Positions 1 through 8,944 of a DNA stretch of 26,215 nucleotides are shown piece after piece. The stretch lies in assembly GCA_016184305.1 (NCBI GenBank), contig JACPCX010000139.1, positions 1 through 26,215 of the forward strand. Reading direction: 5' to 3'. This stretch comes from Candidatus Rokuibacteriota bacterium. Its GTDB lineage: Bacteria; Methylomirabilota; Methylomirabilia; Rokubacteriales; CSP1-6. The notes under the pieces were generated by a model. It saw nothing but the letters and a program-made list of their open reading frames with translations, ran no database searches and was not told where the DNA came from. A program made the translations under genes and the position numbers. Positions within the stretch are counted from its first letter, which is position 1. Each line of letters opens with the position of its first letter.

Positions 1-977
1 TTGCGCAGGTGCCGCCGGCAGGCCAGCCCGAGGAGCCCGGCGCCCAGGAGGATCAAGGTGGCCGGCTCGGGAACGCCCGTGGATCCGCCACCGCAAGTGG
101 CGCAGCCCTCGGTCTTCTCACCGGAGACCGCGACGCCAAACAGGTTACCTGAGCCAGTCCCGGTATCGATTGTCTGAGTCTGGGTGTCGAGGTTCGTGCC
201 GCCCGCGCCGATGCTGAACTCGTAGAGCCTGCCGGTGCCGTAGTTGCCGCTCCAGAACGAGGTGCCGTCCGGGTTGAGGTTCAGGGAGAACCAGGTATCT
301 TCGCCCGACACATCGTAGGTTCCGATGAGAGCGCCCAGCGAGTCGAGGAGCTTCACGTTGGCATTGTCGGCCACCAGGACTCGCCCGTCGGAAAGGATCC
401 GCAGCGCGAAGGCGTTGCCAACGGCAGCGGAGAAATCCGGGCCGAGGAGACCCGTGCTCACATCGACCGTTCCAACTCGACCGCCTTCCTGGGTGAAGAG
501 CAGGGTCGCCTGATCCGCCTTGAGGTCGCCCCAGTCGAACCGGGTCCCGGGCTGGATCGTGGCGCCGACCTGGACACCGGCCGTGTCCCACACCCTCACG
601 CCGCCGCTGACGTAGGTGACGATCCGGTTGCCGGCATTGTTGAAGGTGATGGACTCCGGCAAGCCAGAGCCAGCGCAGCACGTGCCCGCCTGGAGAGCGC
701 CCGTGTTGTCGAAGACGGAGATGCTATTGACGCTGAAGTTGGTGACGTGGAGGCTGCCGGCAGCATCGAACGCCATCCCCGTGGTGAAGCCGCCCTGCGT
801 CGTGTTGAGCGTCTCGATCAAGGTTCCGGCGGCGTTGTAGTGCTGCACGCGGCCGAGGTTCACCGCCGCGAAGATGTCCCCTGAGGTGAACACGGCGGCC
901 TGCCCGGAAGAGCTCCCCAGCAGGATGAGGGTCGCGAGAACCCCGAGAGTCACCAGGAACGAGCGAGAGCCTTTCAT
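1..977 (-). CDS. PEP-CTERM sorting-domain surface protein, probable beta-propeller (3' end runs off window)
   Basis: Translated by hand. ATG at 977 with GGAGG RBS at 986-990; signal-peptide-like MKGSRSFLVTLGVLATLILLGSSSGQA; repeats such as TTGMAFDAAGSLHVTNF and PESITFNNAGNRIVT; C-terminus VPEPATLILLGAGLLGLACRRHLR(K) = PEP motif, TM helix, basic tail. About 325 codons with no stop in the window. Confidence 0.9.
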   Translation of the reverse strand, partial: MKGSRSFLVTLGVLATLILLGSSSGQAAVFTSGDIFAAVNLGRVQHYNAAGTLIETLNTTQGGFTTGMAFDAAGSLHVTNFSVNSISVFDNTGALQAGTCCAGSGLPESITFNNAGNRIVTYVSGGVRVWDTAGVQVGATIQPGTRFDWGDLKADQATLLFTQEGGRVGTVDVSTGLLGPDFSAAVGNAFALRILSDGRVLVADNANVKLLDSLGALIGTYDVSGEDTWFSLNLNPDGTSFWSGNYGTGRLYEFSIGAGGTNLDTQTQTIDTGTGSGNLFGVAVSGEKTEGCATCGGGSTGVPEPATLILLGAGLLGLACRRHLR

Positions 978-1036
978 GCCGCGTACCTCCATCAATGGGC
1001 GGTTGTGCACAGATCCAAGCTGACGTACGCCGTATG

Positions 1037-1052
1037 TGCGTGAAGCGTGCCA
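1037..1052 (-). promoter_or_regulatory. Putative sigma54 (-24/-12) promoter of the PEP-CTERM gene
   Basis: Minus strand TGGCACGCTTCACGCA: exact TGGCACG and GG-N10-GC spacing, 60 nt upstream of the ATG; the TT before GC is replaced by AC. Confidence 0.6.
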
Positions 1053-1157
1053 CCGCCTGGCCGACCCTTGGTCCCATGGAAATTGACCATCTTTCAAGGT
1101 AGTTGCACTTGCGTGCTCAGGATGCACGGGGGGGCGGATCGACCAGCCGAGCGGATG

Positions 1158-1174
1158 TGGAAAGGTTTCCGACA
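1158..1174. promoter_or_regulatory. Putative enhancer-binding-protein site (UAS)
   Basis: TGGAAAGGTTTCCGACA, containing the dyad GGAAA-GG-TTTCC, ~105 nt upstream of the -24 element; related AGTCAAGTTATCCGACA at 1457-1473. Confidence 0.4.
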
Positions 1175-1563
1175 AGGGCAGGCCTCCGGAGCGGGGATCG
1201 GAGAGATGGTCGGCCTTCGGAACGGGCCCCCGGCGGCACAACGCGGATCCGACATCGTCGCGCACTTGATCCCCGGCCCCTTGGAACTCTGGGGGCCCTC
1301 AGGGCCTCGTCCCTGGACAGGGGGGTGGGTTTGTCTTATCTTTCAGGTTGATACGGATAACGCACCCGGGCCTGGGGCGCCCAGCTCCCATCTCGGCCGG
1401 GAGGCCACCGGCTCATCCCTCGGACCGGCACCCTGGGCCGCCCGTGGCAAGAATTGAGTCAAGTTATCCGACACGACGCCCGCCCGGAGTGCCTCGAGGG
1501 TGGGACGGCCTCCCTCGCGTGCAAGGGCCTGGGGCAGGCATGAGGCCGTCCGAACCCAGAGGC

Positions 1564-1953
1564 TCAGGTGGACCGGTAATTGGTGAACTGCAGCGCGATG
1601 CCGAGATCCTTGGCCTTGAGGAGGGCGATGACGGCCTGGAGGTCGTCGCGGTTCTTGCCCGCGACACGCACCTGCTTCTCCTGGATCGAGGCCTGGACCC
1701 GGATCTTGGAGTCCTTGATGAGGCGCACGATCTCCCTGGCCTTCTCGACGGGGATCCCGTCCTGGAGCGTGATCGTCTGGCGGAGCGTCCCGCCGGCGGC
1801 CGGCTCGGGGTCGCCGATGGTGAGGGCCTTGAGGTCGATGCCGCGCCGGTGGAGGTAGCGGGTCTCGATCTCCTTCCTCGCCTGGTTGATGGCGTTGGCA
1901 ACCTCCTGCATGTCCACCTTGCACGCGACGTCGAAGCTGTTCTCGGCGGCCAC
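1564..1953 (-). CDS. yajQ: YajQ family nucleotide/c-di-GMP-binding protein with an apparent in-frame internal deletion
   Basis: [28 protein letters not shown] ... [27 protein letters not shown] ... LQFTNYR. Only 129 aa against ~160-165 typical; the segment after RY is absent. Confidence 0.9.
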   Translation of the reverse strand: MAAENSFDVACKVDMQEVANAINQARKEIETRYLHRRGIDLKALTIGDPEPAAGGTLRQTITLQDGIPVEKAREIVRLIKDSKIRVQASIQEKQVRVAGKNRDDLQAVIALLKAKDLGIALQFTNYRST

Positions 1954-1982
1954 GATCGTCTCCTCCCTGTCCCTGCCCGGCG

Positions 1983-2648
1983 CTACCGGGGCTCGAGCGG
2001 CACGACCGCCACGCCGTTGGGCGGCGTGAAGACGAAGAGCCCATCGCTGAGCCCCCCGTTGATCGCCACCCGGGTGAACGTCATGGTGACGCTGTTCTGG
2101 AACTGATCGTAGAGCACGGCCTGGCGCACCACGAAGTCCTTCGGGTCCAGGGAGAGCACGAGGCGCGTGAGGAGCGGCGTGGGCGCCCTGGGGGTGAGGT
2201 CGAGCACCGGGCGGCCAGAGGCATCCACCTTGACCGCGGGGTTGAGGAAGCGCACGTGGAACTCCTCGCGCACCCGCCCGAGCCCAGCCAGGAAACTCCC
2301 CGCCGGGCCCGCCAGGGCCTTCGGCGCATTGCCCTGGTTCACCTGGTTCAGCTCCGGCGTGTAGACCCAGAGAGACTTGCCGTCGGAGACGATCTGCTGG
2401 GGGGAGGGGCTCTTGTACTCCCAGCGCATCCTCCCGCCCTTCTTGAGGTACACCGTGCCCTCGGCCCGGATGTCCTGGCCCAGGCTCCGGTTATGCGCCA
2501 CCTGGGAGAAGTCCGCCCGCAGATCCTGGACACGGGCGTACGTCGCCTCGACCCCCGCCACCACCTCCTCCAGCGTCTGCGCTCCCGCAGGCGCGGACCA
2601 CAGAAGAACCCACAGCAGCCCGGCAAGGGCGAGGGGGGTACGCATCAT
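1983..2648 (-). CDS. lolA: Outer-membrane lipoprotein carrier protein LolA
   Basis: Signal peptide then [59 protein letters not shown] at 2648 overlaps the ftsK stop; ftsK-lolA order is conserved. Confidence 0.92.
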   Translation of the reverse strand: MMRTPLALAGLLWVLLWSAPAGAQTLEEVVAGVEATYARVQDLRADFSQVAHNRSLGQDIRAEGTVYLKKGGRMRWEYKSPSPQQIVSDGKSLWVYTPELNQVNQGNAPKALAGPAGSFLAGLGRVREEFHVRFLNPAVKVDASGRPVLDLTPRAPTPLLTRLVLSLDPKDFVVRQAVLYDQFQNSVTMTFTRVAINGGLSDGLFVFTPPNGVAVVPLEPR

Positions 2649-4879
2649 CGGCCGTGCTTCGCCAGGTAGTCGGGGCCGACCAGGATCTCGCGCGCTTTGG
2701 CCCCCTGCCCGGGGCCGATGATCCGGTCCTGCTCCATCATGTCGATGAAGCGCGCCGCCTTGGGATAGCCGAGCCCGAGCCTGCGCTGCAGGAACGAGAT
2801 GGAGGCCTGGCGCTGGGCGATGACCAGATTCACGGCGTCCCAGTAGATGTCGTCCCGGGCCTCGGCGTCGACGCCCCCGCCCTCGCCGGCGGGCGGCAGC
2901 TCCACCTTCTCGTACACGGCCGCTCCCTGCTTGCGGAGAAACTCGCAGATGGCCTTGACCTCGCGGTCGGCCACCCAGGCGCCGTGCACGCGCATCGGCC
3001 GTCCCGCCCCCGGCGGCACGAAGATCATGTCGCCGCGCCCGAGGAGCGCCTCGGCGCCGTTCTGGTCCAGGACGGTCCGCGAATCGACCTTCGAGGCCAC
3101 CTGGAAGGCGATGCGCGTCGGGAAGTTGGCCTTGATGAGCCCGGTCACGACGTCCACCGACGGGCGCTGGGTGGCGATGATCAGGTGAATGCCCACGGCG
3201 CGCGCGATCTGGGCGAGCCGCACGAGCGAGTTCTGCACCTCGCCCGCCGAGACCATCATGAGATCGGCCAGCTCGTCCACCACCACGACCCAGTGCGGGA
3301 TCCGGTCCTCCACGGCGACCTCGCGATTGTAGCCCTCGATGTTGCGGACGGCCTTGGCCTGGAGCAGCTTGTAGCGCTCGTCCATCTTTCCCACGATCCA
3401 CTTGAGGCGCATCGAGGCCTCCTTGGAGTCGGTGACGACGGGCGCCAGGAGGTGGGGAATGCCCTCGTAGATGCCGAGCTCGAGCCGCTTGGGGTCGATC
3501 AGCAAGAAGCGCACGTCGGCCGGCGTGGCCTTGTAGAGCAGCGAGCAGATCATCGTGTTGAGTCCGACGCTCTTGCCGCTGCCGGTGGAGCCGGCGATGA
3601 GCAGGTGGGGCATGGCAGTCAGATCGGACACCACGGGGTTGCCGGTGGTGTCCTTGCCGAGGGCCAGCGGCAGCTTGCCCTTGGACTCGACGAACTCGGA
3701 GGAGATCAGGATCTCCCGCAGATACACCGTCGCCTGCTCGGGATTCGGCACTTCGACCGCCACCGTGCCCCGCCCCGGGATCGGCCCGACGATCCGGACG
3801 GCCGCGGTCTTCATGGCCAGCGCGAGGTCGTCCGAGAGATTGACCACCTGGCTCACCTTGATGCCCGGGGCCGGCTCGAACTCGTAGGAGGTGATGACGG
3901 GGCCCGGGCTCGCCTGGACGATGTGACCGTCCACGCCGAAGTCCTGCAGCTTGCGCTTGAGCGTGGCGGCGTTGGCCTCGAGATCCTCCCGCGTCCGCTT
4001 GAGCTCGGAGAGCGGCGGCGCGGCCAGGAGCCCCACCGCCGGCAGCTGGAAAGCCTGGGCGCCCCCGGTGCCGAAGTCGAAGGTCTCCTGCCAGGCGAGC
4101 CCCTTCTCCACGAGGCTCGACCTGGGCCTGGGCGGCTCCTTCACCACGAGGCGCGGCGGGGCCACCTCGGGCTCTTCGCGCCCGTCTCCCTGGCTTCGTC
4201 CGTCTCCCCCTCCGGGGGAGAGGGCAGGATGAGGGAGCGCGACGGCCGTGTCCGTCCCGCGCCGCCAGAGCCCGGCGAGCCGCGCACCCACGCCGCGCGA
4301 GGCCAACCCCAGCGAGGCCTGGGTGACCAAGAGGGCCCCCACGGGGATGGTCACCAGCAGGATGATCCAGGTCCCCACCCCCCCGACCGAGCGGAGCAGG
4401 GCCTCGGTGACGGCCCAGCCGAGGAGCCCTCCCTTGTGGATCCGGACCTCGGTGATGGTGTCCGAGGCGCGGGCGAGGAGACCGGCCACGCTGATCAAGA
4501 GCAGCACAAGCCCGGCCAGGCCAGGCCACCCCCGCGCGATGCGCGAGCGGATGAACGCGCCGGCGCCATAGCAGGCAAGCAGCAGCGGGAAGAGATAGCC
4601 GGCGTAGCCGAAGGCCTGGAAGCTCGTCCAGCCGAGCCACAGCCCCACCGGCCCCACTGGGCTCGACTGATCGAGCGCGTGCCGCGTGGGATCGAAGGCG
4701 TAGAGCGCCACGAGGGAGAACCCCGCCAGCGCCAGCGCGAGGATGCCCTTGACCTCGCGCACCCAGCGGCCATGCTCCCGCGCAGCCCGGAGGGCGGCGC
4801 GCCGCCGGCGCCCGTCGGGGGCCTGAGCCGACCGCTTGGTGGTCTCCTCGACGCTCGGATCCACGATCCTCCCGGCCAT
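2645..4879 (-). CDS. ftsK: DNA translocase FtsK
   Basis: N-terminal TM segments, MPHLLIAGSTGSGKS Walker A, VVVVDELADLMM Walker B, ATQRPSVDVVTGLIKANFPTRIAF, gamma domain ASISFLQRRLGLGYPKAARFIDMME. Confidence 0.97.
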   Translation of the reverse strand: MAGRIVDPSVEETTKRSAQAPDGRRRRAALRAAREHGRWVREVKGILALALAGFSLVALYAFDPTRHALDQSSPVGPVGLWLGWTSFQAFGYAGYLFPLLLACYGAGAFIRSRIARGWPGLAGLVLLLISVAGLLARASDTITEVRIHKGGLLGWAVTEALLRSVGGVGTWIILLVTIPVGALLVTQASLGLASRGVGARLAGLWRRGTDTAVALPHPALSPGGGDGRSQGDGREEPEVAPPRLVVKEPPRPRSSLVEKGLAWQETFDFGTGGAQAFQLPAVGLLAAPPLSELKRTREDLEANAATLKRKLQDFGVDGHIVQASPGPVITSYEFEPAPGIKVSQVVNLSDDLALAMKTAAVRIVGPIPGRGTVAVEVPNPEQATVYLREILISSEFVESKGKLPLALGKDTTGNPVVSDLTAMPHLLIAGSTGSGKSVGLNTMICSLLYKATPADVRFLLIDPKRLELGIYEGIPHLLAPVVTDSKEASMRLKWIVGKMDERYKLLQAKAVRNIEGYNREVAVEDRIPHWVVVVDELADLMMVSAGEVQNSLVRLAQIARAVGIHLIIATQRPSVDVVTGLIKANFPTRIAFQVASKVDSRTVLDQNGAEALLGRGDMIFVPPGAGRPMRVHGAWVADREVKAICEFLRKQGAAVYEKVELPPAGEGGGVDAEARDDIYWDAVNLVIAQRQASISFLQRRLGLGYPKAARFIDMMEQDRIIGPGQGAKAREILVGPDYLAKHGR

Positions 4880-6582
4880 CAGACCTCCAGGATGACGGGC
4901 AGCACGAAGGGCTTTCGCTGGAAGCGCTGGTTGATGAACCGGCGCACGGCGCTCCGGACGATGGCGCCGAAGAGCTCCTTGCCGAGCACCTCCGGCTCTT
5001 CGCGGGCCGCCAGGGCCCCGCGGATGGCCTCCTTGACCTCGTCCATGAGGTCGTCGGCCTCCTTCACGTAGACGAACCCGCGGGAGACGATCTCGGGTCC
5101 CGCGACGATGGCGCCCGTCTGCCTGTCGATGGTGAGCGCCACCACGACCATGCCGGACTCGGCCAGGATCTCACGGTCGCGCAGAACCACCGCCCCGATG
5201 TCCCCGACACCCTTGCCGTCCACGAACACGCGGCCGGCGGGATAGCCGCCGAGCACGCGCGCGCCTGACCTGGACAGCTCGAGCCCGAGCCCGTCTTCCA
5301 GGAGAAAGACGCAGTGAGCGGGGATGCCCGTGCTTTCCGCCAGCCGCGCGTGCTGGAGCAGGTGCCGGTACTCGCCGTGCACCGGCACGAAGTAGCGCGG
5401 CCTGGTCAGACGCAGCATCTCCTTGAGGTCCTCCTGGCTCGCGTGCCCGGACACGTGGACGAAGGCCACGTCCTCCCACAGCACCTCGGCGCCGCGCCGG
5501 AGGAGCGCGTTGATGAGGCGGCCGAGCACCCGCTCGTTGCCGGGGATGATGCTGGAGGAGAAGATCACCAGGTCGCCCGCGCCGACCTCGACGTACTTGT
5601 GCTCGCCCGCGGCCATGAGGGACAGCGCCGAGTTGGGCTCGCCCTGGCTCCCCGTGGACAGGATCACCTGCCGCTCGGGGGGAAGCGCCGCCAGCTCGTC
5701 CAGCGGGACCAGCAGCGCCTCGGGCACCTTGAGGTAGCCCAGCTCGGAGGCCACCGCCACGTTCGCCACCATGCTCTTGCCCAGCAGCGCGACCTTGCGG
5801 GAGCCCGCCGCTGCCAGATCCAGCAGCTGCTGGATGCGGTGGATATGCGAGGCGAAGGTGGCGACGATGATCCGCCCGGGCGCCTCGGCGAAGCGCGGGC
5901 CGAGCGCCGTGCCCACCGCCGTCTCCGAGCCCGTGTGCCCCGGGCGCCCCACGTTGGTCGAGTCGGAGCAGAGCGCGAGCACCCCCCGCTCCCCCAGGGC
6001 CGCGAAGGCTCGGTAGTCCGGCTGCTGGGCATCCACCGGGGTGGGGTCGAGCTTGAAGTCGCCCGTGTGGACCACCGTGCCCACCGGCGTCTCGATGGCG
6101 AGCCCGATCCCGTCGGCGATGGAGTGCGTCACGCGGATCGGGACCAGCGTGATGGAGCCCGCGTGGATCTCGCTGCCGGGCCCGTAGGGGCGCAGGTCCG
6201 CGCGCTCGGCGAGACCGTGCTCCGCCAGCCGGTGACGGGCGATGGCCAGCGTCAGCGGCGTGCCGTACACGGGGACGTCGAACTCGCGCAGGAGGTGGGA
6301 CAGCGCGCCGATGTGATCCTCGTGGCCGTGGGTCAGCACCACCGCGCGGAAGGCCGCCCGCCGCTCCCGGAGGTAGGAGAAATCGGGGATCACGTGGTCG
6401 ATCCCCGGCATCTCGTCGTCCGGGAACATGAGCCCGCAATCCACCGCGACGATGTCGTCCCCCGACTCCACCAGCATCATGTTGAGCCCGATCTCCCCCA
6501 GCCCGCCCAGGGGGATCAGGCGGACGCAGGGCTCCACGGGGGCATCGATGGGAACAGGCTCGGGTCGGTACGTCGTGCTCAC
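4879..6582 (-). CDS. rnj: Ribonuclease J
   Basis: IPLGGLGEIGLNM, THGHEDHIG metallo-beta-lactamase motif, HTGDFKLD, TGSQGEP, HVSGHASQED, PVHGEYRH. Confidence 0.97.
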   Translation of the reverse strand: MSTTYRPEPVPIDAPVEPCVRLIPLGGLGEIGLNMMLVESGDDIVAVDCGLMFPDDEMPGIDHVIPDFSYLRERRAAFRAVVLTHGHEDHIGALSHLLREFDVPVYGTPLTLAIARHRLAEHGLAERADLRPYGPGSEIHAGSITLVPIRVTHSIADGIGLAIETPVGTVVHTGDFKLDPTPVDAQQPDYRAFAALGERGVLALCSDSTNVGRPGHTGSETAVGTALGPRFAEAPGRIIVATFASHIHRIQQLLDLAAAGSRKVALLGKSMVANVAVASELGYLKVPEALLVPLDELAALPPERQVILSTGSQGEPNSALSLMAAGEHKYVEVGAGDLVIFSSSIIPGNERVLGRLINALLRRGAEVLWEDVAFVHVSGHASQEDLKEMLRLTRPRYFVPVHGEYRHLLQHARLAESTGIPAHCVFLLEDGLGLELSRSGARVLGGYPAGRVFVDGKGVGDIGAVVLRDREILAESGMVVVALTIDRQTGAIVAGPEIVSRGFVYVKEADDLMDEVKEAIRGALAAREEPEVLGKELFGAIVRSAVRRFINQRFQRKPFVLPVILEV

Positions 6583-6742
6583 GGCGGCTCAGCTATCGTA
6601 TCACCCGGGCTCACAGGGCCCAAGAAACGGTACTGGGGCAATTCGCGTCGCCATACTTCGTTACCCGGTCGCCCGCGACGCTCAACGTTCGCTAAGGTCG
6701 GGGCGCTGGCTTCAAGGAGAACACTCTTCAAGGAGGGCACGC

Positions 6743-7885
6743 ATGAGCGACGACGGCAACGGTCGACGAATCCAGACCCACTCGGTTCGAGTGTGGGACC
6801 TGCCCACCCGCCTGTTCCACTGGTTGCTGGCCGGCCTGGTGCTGGCAACGGCGCTGATCGGCTGGGTCGGGCCGAAGTGGATGCTCGGCATGCATGCCGT
6901 CCTGTGCTATGCCATCGCCGCCTTGATCGCATTGCGCCTGGTATGGGGCGTGTTCGGGCCCGAGACCAGCCGCTTCGCCAGCTTTCCCGTCCGCCCGCGC
7001 GCGGCGCTGGCCTACCTCAAGGATCTGGTGCGGGGGCGCCCGCCCCACCATGTCGGCCACAACCCGGCCGGCGCGATGATGATCTACGCCCTGCTGGCGA
7101 CGATCGCCGCAGTGCTGCTGAGCGGCCTGGTCGCTTTCGGCGGGGTCGAGAAGCACGGGCCGCTGGCGGGGGTCGTCTCCTATGCCATCGGCCACACCTT
7201 CGAGGATCTCCACGCCGGCCTCGCCACTGTCCTGTTCACCCTGGTGGGCCTGCATGTGGCCGGCGTCGCCGTCGGCAGCCTGGTGGAGCGCCAGAACCTG
7301 GCGCGCGCCATGGTGACGGGCTTCAAGCGCCTGCCGGGGGACGCGCCCCTGCCCCGCCTCAAGTCGGCCCGGCCGTGGCTGGCGGCGTTGAGCGTCGCCG
7401 CCTTCCTCGCCGTGGCCGGCGGCGTGCTGAGCGCGCTGGCCGCCCTGCCGCCCAGGGGCGTCCCCGACATGCCGCGCCACGCCAGCTACGCCAAGGAATG
7501 CGGCGACTGCCACATGGCCTTCCCGCCGCAGATGCTGCCGCGGCGCTCGTGGGTGGCGCTCATGAACGGCCTCGACAACCATTTCGGTGAGAAGGCCACC
7601 CTGCCGGCGGCCACCCGCCAGGCCATCGTCGACTACCTCGCCGGCAATGCCGGCGACGTCACCCGCACCCGCGAGGGCGGCAAGTTCATGACCAGCATCC
7701 CGGGCGACCGCAACCCGCTGCGAATTACCGAGACCGGCCGCTTCCTGAAGAAGCACAACGCCCGCGAGGTGCCGCCCGACGCCTGGCAGCGGAAGTCGAT
7801 CGGCAGCAAGGCCAACTGTCCGGCCTGCCATCTCCAGGCCGAACAGGGCGACTACGACGAGCGCGCCGTCCGCATCCCGCGCTGA
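6743..7885 (+). CDS. Cytochrome b (Ni-hydrogenase b-type family) fused to a C-terminal diheme cytochrome c (DHC) domain
   Basis: AGGAGG RBS then ATG 6743; VRVWDLPTRLFHW, GHNPAGA, LHVAGV cytochrome b motifs; a TM helix, then YAKECGDCHMAFPPQMLP..LDNHFGE..PLRITET..KANCPACH (two CxxCH). Confidence 0.9.
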   Translation: MSDDGNGRRIQTHSVRVWDLPTRLFHWLLAGLVLATALIGWVGPKWMLGMHAVLCYAIAALIALRLVWGVFGPETSRFASFPVRPRAALAYLKDLVRGRPPHHVGHNPAGAMMIYALLATIAAVLLSGLVAFGGVEKHGPLAGVVSYAIGHTFEDLHAGLATVLFTLVGLHVAGVAVGSLVERQNLARAMVTGFKRLPGDAPLPRLKSARPWLAALSVAAFLAVAGGVLSALAALPPRGVPDMPRHASYAKECGDCHMAFPPQMLPRRSWVALMNGLDNHFGEKATLPAATRQAIVDYLAGNAGDVTRTREGGKFMTSIPGDRNPLRITETGRFLKKHNAREVPPDAWQRKSIGSKANCPACHLQAEQGDYDERAVRIPR

Positions 7886-7900
7886 TAGCGGCCGGGGGGG

Positions 7901-7919
7901 CGGACGCCCGGCGCGTCCG
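7901..7919. terminator. Possible hairpin terminator between convergent genes
   Basis: CGGACGC-ccggc-GCGTCCG inverted repeat 15 nt after the cytochrome stop; no U-tract. Confidence 0.3.
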
Positions 7920-7990
7920 GCACTCGCACGACGTGTCCCGGGGCGTCTGGCGCACGAACCTGCCTGCTGTGGGTGACCTCTCGGCCCGGG

Positions 7991-8350
7991 TCACGGCCCC
8001 GCCGGGACGTGAAGCGCGCGCGCGGCTGCCGCCAGCCGCGCGTCCAGCGTCCACAGCCCGATCCCGCCGAGCCTCGCGGACGCCAGCAGATGCGCGTCCA
8101 CCCACCCGATGCCGCGCCCGGCGAGCCCGTGGGACTCCACGAACTCGATGACCTCTCGGTGCTCCGCCACCTCCACCTGAGGCAAGGCCGAGAGGAGGTC
8201 TAGCACCTCGCGTCGGCGAGGCAAGGCCCCGCAACCCAGCTCCCCGACGATGAAGGGATGACACCAGACACGCCCCTCGCCGAGGCGAGCGGCCAGGGCC
8301 GGATGGCCCCGCCGAAGGTGGTCCACCCAGACCGATGTGTCAACGAGCAC
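7991..8350 (-). CDS. vapC: VapC family PIN-domain toxin
   Basis: MLVDTSVWVDHLR..HPFIVGELGCG..GIGWVDAHLLASA..LWTLDARL; overlaps the antitoxin 3' end. Confidence 0.93.
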   Translation of the reverse strand: MLVDTSVWVDHLRRGHPALAARLGEGRVWCHPFIVGELGCGALPRRREVLDLLSALPQVEVAEHREVIEFVESHGLAGRGIGWVDAHLLASARLGGIGLWTLDARLAAAARALHVPAGP

Positions 8351-8549
8351 GCCGGGCCTTGGCCGGACGGCGGCGGCGCGGGACCTTGAGCCTCCGCGCC
8401 GTGCCCCCGAGGGCCGCCAGCCTCCGCGCGCTCTCCCGCGCGATCAACGCCTCCAGTCCCGCGTGCAACAGCGCGGTCTTCTCCCTGACCCCCGTGAGCC
8501 TCTGCGCCTCGGCGAGGAGATCGTCCCTCAGGTTCAGCGTCGTTCTCAT
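8340..8549 (-). CDS. vapB: VapB family antitoxin
   Basis: MRTTLNLRDDLLAEAQRLTGVREKTALLHAGLEALIARESARRLAALGG, 69 aa, directly upstream of the PIN gene; start reassigned to ATG 8549. Confidence 0.9.
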   Translation of the reverse strand: MRTTLNLRDDLLAEAQRLTGVREKTALLHAGLEALIARESARRLAALGGTARRLKVPRRRRPAKARRAR

Positions 8550-8556
8550 GCGCACC

Positions 8557-8585
8557 AGTATGCACAGCCCATGCAGACGCGTCAA
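8557..8585 (-). promoter_or_regulatory. sigma70-type promoter of vapBC (probably leaderless mRNA)
   Basis: TTGACG (8585-8580), 17 nt, CATACT (8562-8557), then 7 nt to the ATG; no SD sequence. Confidence 0.7.
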
Positions 8586-8662
8586 TCGCTCTGCCGGGCT
8601 CGGCTTGACCAGCTCGGGGTACCGGAACAGCATCGGGCTCGGTGGACAGGAGGGAGGCACCC

Positions 8663-8944
8663 ATGCCCATCGCGTTGACGAGCGGCCAGGTCCGGAAGGC
8701 GCTGGAGCGCGAGGCCGTCGCCGTGCTCGCCACGGTCAACGCCAGGGGCCAGCCCCGCACCGCCGGCATCGTCTACACGGTCAAGGACAGGGTGCTGTAC
8801 ATCGCCACCGGCCTCACGTCGTTCAAGGCCAGAAACGTGGCGCGCAATCCCCACGTGTCCCTGACCGTGACGGTGGAAAAGCGCATTCCCTTCCTGCCCT
8901 GGATCAAGATCCCCGCGGCGACGATCACCTTTCAGGGCCTGGCC
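8663..8944 (+). pseudogene. Pyridoxamine 5'-phosphate oxidase-like (split-barrel) protein, C-terminally truncated
   Basis: GGAGG RBS, ATG 8663; AVLATVNARGQPRTAGIVY..LYIATGLTSFKARNVARNPHVSLTV. After TITFQGLA the frame runs into the antisense strand of the DUF222 gene (nominal stop 9313). Confidence 0.75.

Noticed and set aside
1445..1460. Plus-strand TGGCAAGAATTGAGTC as a second sigma54 promoter
   Set aside because: GT rather than GC at -12, and it would point antisense into yajQ.
1469..1500. Similarity of cgacac..cgcccgcc..gtgcctcga to 10159-10186
   Set aside because: Short, gapped and GC-rich; cannot be separated from chance by eye.
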